This document shows positions 60,769 to 64,000 of a stretch of 64,000 bases of DNA, one piece after another. The notes under the pieces are model-generated. The model was not told the DNA's origin and ran no database searches. It was given only the letters and a program-made list of their open reading frames with translations. The first letter of the stretch is position 1; each line of letters begins with the position of its first letter. The DNA lies in NCBI GenBank assembly GCA_003142575.1, contig PLMS01000093.1, forward strand, positions 2,995 to 66,994, written 5' to 3'. This stretch comes from Ignavibacteriota bacterium (GTDB taxonomy: Bacteria; Bacteroidota; Ignavibacteria; UBA10030). Made by a program: the position numbers and the translations under genes.

Positions 60769-61185
60769 ATTGAGAATGCCCTAAAATTATTTAGAAATAT
60801 TTTATGCTATGTGGCCTAACGGACGGGTGCTCCGCCAACCAGCCCGCTGCGCGTTCTGGCGGGAAAGACGGCGGACAAGTAAGTTTATCCCCAAATGTTT
60901 TTGTTGGGGACTGCCACACACCATACTTCCAAAATATACTAAACCGTTACCAGCCATGCTTAACGTACCCATTTATCCGCCATGCTTTATCTTTGGGCGG
61001 GCGCTTATTGAGATTAAGTATCGCGCTTTGCGCGATTCAATTATCTGGACAAGCCGAGCTTGTTGAGCGTTGTTTGCACGTTTTTCAGTGTCCCGTTCTT
61101 TCATCAACGGGGAGAAATCCCGCTGTTTCGCGTTGTGTGCGTCCCAATGTTTTATATCGGGATGGCGGGGGTTATGTTGCAATTG

Positions 61186-63279
61186 CTATCTCAACAATAC
61201 AAGTTTTCTTGTTTCTGAAAATGCACCTGCCCTCAAGCGATAAAAATATATTCCGCTTGACATATTTGCCGCATTCCATTGCTGAAGATGATTTCCAGCA
61301 GATAACTCTTCATTGACAAGAGTTGCAATCTCTCTGCCCATAATATCAAATACTTTCAGCGTGACAAAAGATTCTGATGGGAGACTAAATGAGATAGCTG
61401 TACTTGGGTTGAATGGATTGGGATAGTTCTGTTGAAGGTTATAAATCTTTGGCAGCTGAGAAGATGCTTGTCCGACAGATGCAGAGGTAATCATTTCAGA
61501 GAGAGATCGTTTCCAAACAACTCCACTACCAGCTCCAGCAAATAGATTTTCACCAATCACTCTGAGAGCGTATACCGGAGCATTTGGCAATCCGGTATTT
61601 ACAGAAGCCCAACTCGTTCCATTATTAGTAGAAAGAAAAATACCTCCGAGCCAGGTTCCGGCAAATATATTTTTGCCGCTGGCAGCGAGATCAAAAATAT
61701 TGATATCGGTCAAGCCGTTATTAACTGCAGTCCAACTAACACCGTTGTTTGTTGATAGAAAAATACCCCCGCCCAAAGTTCCAACAAAGATATTTGTATC
61801 ACAAATTAAAATTGTACGCACTTGATACTTCGACGACACAACACCAAGGGATGTCCAGCTTGAACCATTATTACTCGAAACAAAAACACCACCGCTGTCA
61901 GTCCCCGCATAAATAGTATTATTGTCTACCGTCAGGTCAAATACATCCATATTTGTCAATCCGATATTGGCAGCATTCCAATTTGCGCCATTGTCTGAGG
62001 AAAGGAATATACCATTACCATACGTTCCTGCAAAAAGATATGAACCAGAGATAGCAAGAGTTTGAATATTATTATTAGTCAGTCCTGTATTGCTAGTTGA
62101 CCATGTAGTACCATTGTCGGTGGAAATAAAGAAACCGTCGACTTCAGTTCCGACAAAGATATTTGAATTACTTACTACAAGCGATGAAATATTGTATATA
62201 TTCCTTTCAGTATTGAGACGCGTCCAATTCAATCCATCATTTGTGGAAACAAATACTCCGCTCGACCAAGTAGCGGCATAAATATTTGAACCTTTTGTAT
62301 TAAACGCATGGACTTCAGTTGCCGATAGACCGGAGTCGCATTCATTCCAATTTGCACCGTCATTGTTGGTGATAAAAACACCGACTTCCGTACCGGCAAA
62401 GAGGCTTGTTCCATACTCCATTAAAGCAAATACAGACATAGCTGCTAATCCAGTATTTACTCTGGACCAACTTGTTCCATTATTTGTAGATAGAAAAACA
62501 CCATACCCATTTGTACCTGCAAAGAGCATGGTATCACCTATGCCATTTGAACGAACTGCAAAAGCAGTAATATTATTAGAATATGGATTAATCAAGTTTG
62601 TGGTATTCCAATTTGCACCATTATTTGTGGAAATATAAATATCTCCATAACTGGTTCCGGCAAAGAGATCCGAACCGCTTGCAATCAGAGCAGTAATGCC
62701 AGTATGCGTTAATCCTGTATTGACTTCAGTCCAACTCGTACCATTATTTGTAGTACGAAAGACACCCCCATCTGTGCCCACAAAAAGATTTGTATCCTTT
62801 ATAGCAAAAGAACTAACACGTAAATTTGTTAATCCCGTATTGACCGCAGTCCAACTTGTCCCATTATTAGTAGACAAGAAAACTCCTTCGTCAAAAGTCC
62901 CGGCAAAAAGGTTTTTATCGCTCGCTATAAGTGCCTGAATTCCAGTTGTTGTTAATCCTGTATTAATGGAATTCCAGCTTTTTCCGTTATCCTCAGAAAG
63001 AAACATACCACCCCATGTACCGGCAAAAAGATTTGTTCCAATAACTGCAAGTGCATGAATAGTAGTATTAATCAATCCTGAATTTGCAGGCACCCAATTT
63101 GTCCCGCCATCCGTAGAAAGGAAAACACCGGCTCCGTATGTTCCAGTAAAAATATTCGTGCCACTGCATGCGAAAGATGTAATATATCCTCCTCCCGGCA
63201 CGCTGGTTTGAACCCATTGAGAGAAAGATTCCGTTGACAAAAGCATTAAACTCGTAACAACAAATAAAATCTTTTTCAT
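61186..63279 (-). CDS. BNR/Ycf48-like beta-propeller repeat protein with a Por/T9SS C-terminal sorting domain.
   Basis: About 14 tandem repeats of roughly 26 aa (GTxGGGVFLSTNNGTSWT). The C-terminal tail is NYPNPFNPSTAISFSLP ... SGIYFYRL ... KLVLLR. Signal peptide. Confidence 0.8.
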   Translation of the reverse strand: MKKILFVVTSLMLLSTESFSQWVQTSVPGGGYITSFACSGTNIFTGTYGAGVFLSTDGGTNWVPANSGLINTTIHALAVIGTNLFAGTWGGMFLSEDNGKSWNSINTGLTTTGIQALIASDKNLFAGTFDEGVFLSTNNGTSWTAVNTGLTNLRVSSFAIKDTNLFVGTDGGVFRTTNNGTSWTEVNTGLTHTGITALIASGSDLFAGTSYGDIYISTNNGANWNTTNLINPYSNNITAFAVRSNGIGDTMLFAGTNGYGVFLSTNNGTSWSRVNTGLAAMSVFALMEYGTSLFAGTEVGVFITNNDGANWNECDSGLSATEVHAFNTKGSNIYAATWSSGVFVSTNDGLNWTRLNTERNIYNISSLVVSNSNIFVGTEVDGFFISTDNGTTWSTSNTGLTNNNIQTLAISGSYLFAGTYGNGIFLSSDNGANWNAANIGLTNMDVFDLTVDNNTIYAGTDSGGVFVSSNNGSSWTSLGVVSSKYQVRTILICDTNIFVGTLGGGIFLSTNNGVSWTAVNNGLTDINIFDLAASGKNIFAGTWLGGIFLSTNNGTSWASVNTGLPNAPVYALRVIGENLFAGAGSGVVWKRSLSEMITSASVGQASSQLPKIYNLQQNYPNPFNPSTAISFSLPSESFVTLKVFDIMGREIATLVNEELSAGNHLQQWNAANMSSGIYFYRLRAGAFSETRKLVLLR

Positions 63280-63488
63280 AAGGCATCCTTTGTTTTTTAT
63301 TGACTATAAAAAATCAATTGCGCCTGAGGCGCATGAACCTCTGGCTCACAAATTAAAACAAAACCTCTGCTCGCCCCGCCTGCGTGCCATAGGCACTCTG
63401 GCAGGCAGGCATGAATTTTGCAGTGTGCCTGCCCCGCTGGTTAGCTGGTTCCAATAAAAGCACCATCCTCTGCTACAAAATCAATGGT

Positions 63489-63983
63489 CTATTGTTTGAC
63501 GAACTCCACCCGACGGTTCTTCGCCTTACCTCCATCCGTGTCATTTGAGGCTACCGGCGAGTATGGACCAACTCCAGCAGACTTCAGGCGTGACGCTGCT
63601 ACGCCTCGCGCGGTAATCGCCTTGACCACGGAAGCGGCGCGGTCAGAAGAGAGTTTAAGGTTTGATTCGAGGCTGCCGACGTTGTCCGTATGACCGACGA
63701 CGTAGACCTTGAGTGTGGGAGAGCCGTTGAACAACTTCACCATCTCGACCAGGGCTGGCTCCGACTCAGGTTTGATTGTGGACGAACCGGTGTCGAAATA
63801 GATGCCTTGGATTATTGTCTTGCCTGTTTCGGCGAGGTCATTCCGCATCGCCGTGGCGTCTGCAACGACCTCCTGCTGCATCGTCTGCGACTCGACGATC
63901 GTCAGATTGTAATTCCTGCCGTCGTTGTGCGCTTCTATATAGACCCCGGTCAAGGTACCTTCTTTTCTGATCTCGGCTGCCAT
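63489..63983 (-). CDS. OmpA/MotB C-terminal domain protein. Its N-terminus may extend beyond the window end.
   Basis: TGSSTIKPESEPAL ... VVGHTDNVGSLESNLKLSSDRAASV ... NRRVEF is an OmpA_C peptidoglycan-binding signature. Confidence 0.8.
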   Translation of the reverse strand: MAAEIRKEGTLTGVYIEAHNDGRNYNLTIVESQTMQQEVVADATAMRNDLAETGKTIIQGIYFDTGSSTIKPESEPALVEMVKLFNGSPTLKVYVVGHTDNVGSLESNLKLSSDRAASVVKAITARGVAASRLKSAGVGPYSPVASNDTDGGKAKNRRVEFVKQ

Positions 63984-64000
63984 CCGCCTTTCATCGCCGG

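Noticed and set aside
60815-60900. Possibility that DR2 (GCCTAAC...) is an integron attC inverse-core with a gene-cassette array.
   Set aside because: GCCTAAC fits RYYYAAC, but I could not find a convincingly spaced GTTRRRY partner or L'/L'' pairing, and there is no intI. I kept it only as a direct-repeat observation.
60800-61185. RNase P RNA, tmRNA or SRP RNA in the GC-rich block.
   Set aside because: No match to the conserved blocks I can recall (GGAAAGUCCGGGCUCC / ACAGAACCCGGCUUA for RNase P; the tmRNA 5' GGGGCUGAUUCUGGAUUCGACGGG and 3' T-arm; SRP domain IV).
60804-61316. 170-aa plus-strand ORF.
   Set aside because: It spans the GC-rich intergenic block and overlaps the 3' end of the minus-strand repeat-protein gene. 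Its composition is driven by the palindromes, with no family signal.
62090-62938. Several plus-strand ORFs of 60-90 aa with repeated VPLFV motifs.
   Set aside because: They are antisense artefacts of the tandem BNR-like repeats in the T9SS-tailed gene.

Overview
This window reads as an ordinary chromosomal segment of a Gram-negative FCB-group bacterium, probably Ignavibacteria- or Bacteroidota-like. The evidence is a BNR/Ycf48-type repeat protein ending in a Por/T9SS C-terminal sorting tail, DUF5916 and DUF4097 proteins, Bacteroidetes-style TTG/TAnnTTTG-like promoters, and little Shine-Dalgarno signal. I support about 60 genes. Housekeeping genes are eno, murA, purA, rlmD, a phosphoglucomutase/phosphomannomutase-family mutase gene, tRNA-Leu(CAG) and an ABC-F ATPase. 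There are several two-component sensors and an ECF sigma / anti-sigma / DUF4097 envelope-stress block. A TlpA-DsbD thiol-redox operon and three bacteriohemerythrins are present. A tight 7-gene minus-strand operon joins a sugar kinase, a double GT2, a GNAT, a GDP-sugar-phosphorylase-like HIT protein, SpoIID and AmpG. I found no rRNA, CRISPR array, transposase or integrase. The most unusual region is 44.7-48.9 kb. It holds a lower-GC, circularly permuted Zn-ribbon N6/N4 DNA methyltransferase of 825 aa, translationally coupled to the mutase gene. Just upstream of it lies a chimeric, diverged duplicate of the enolase 3' end fused to an internal fragment of the same methyltransferase. That repeat brackets a roughly 1.4-kb insert carrying a 4-Cys sensor histidine kinase. 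A second 3'-end duplication of the same kind follows the M28 peptidase gene. After it comes an AT-rich islet with nested direct repeats around two small membrane-protein genes. All coordinates derived from sequence lines, rather than from the ORF track, may be off by 1-2 nt.
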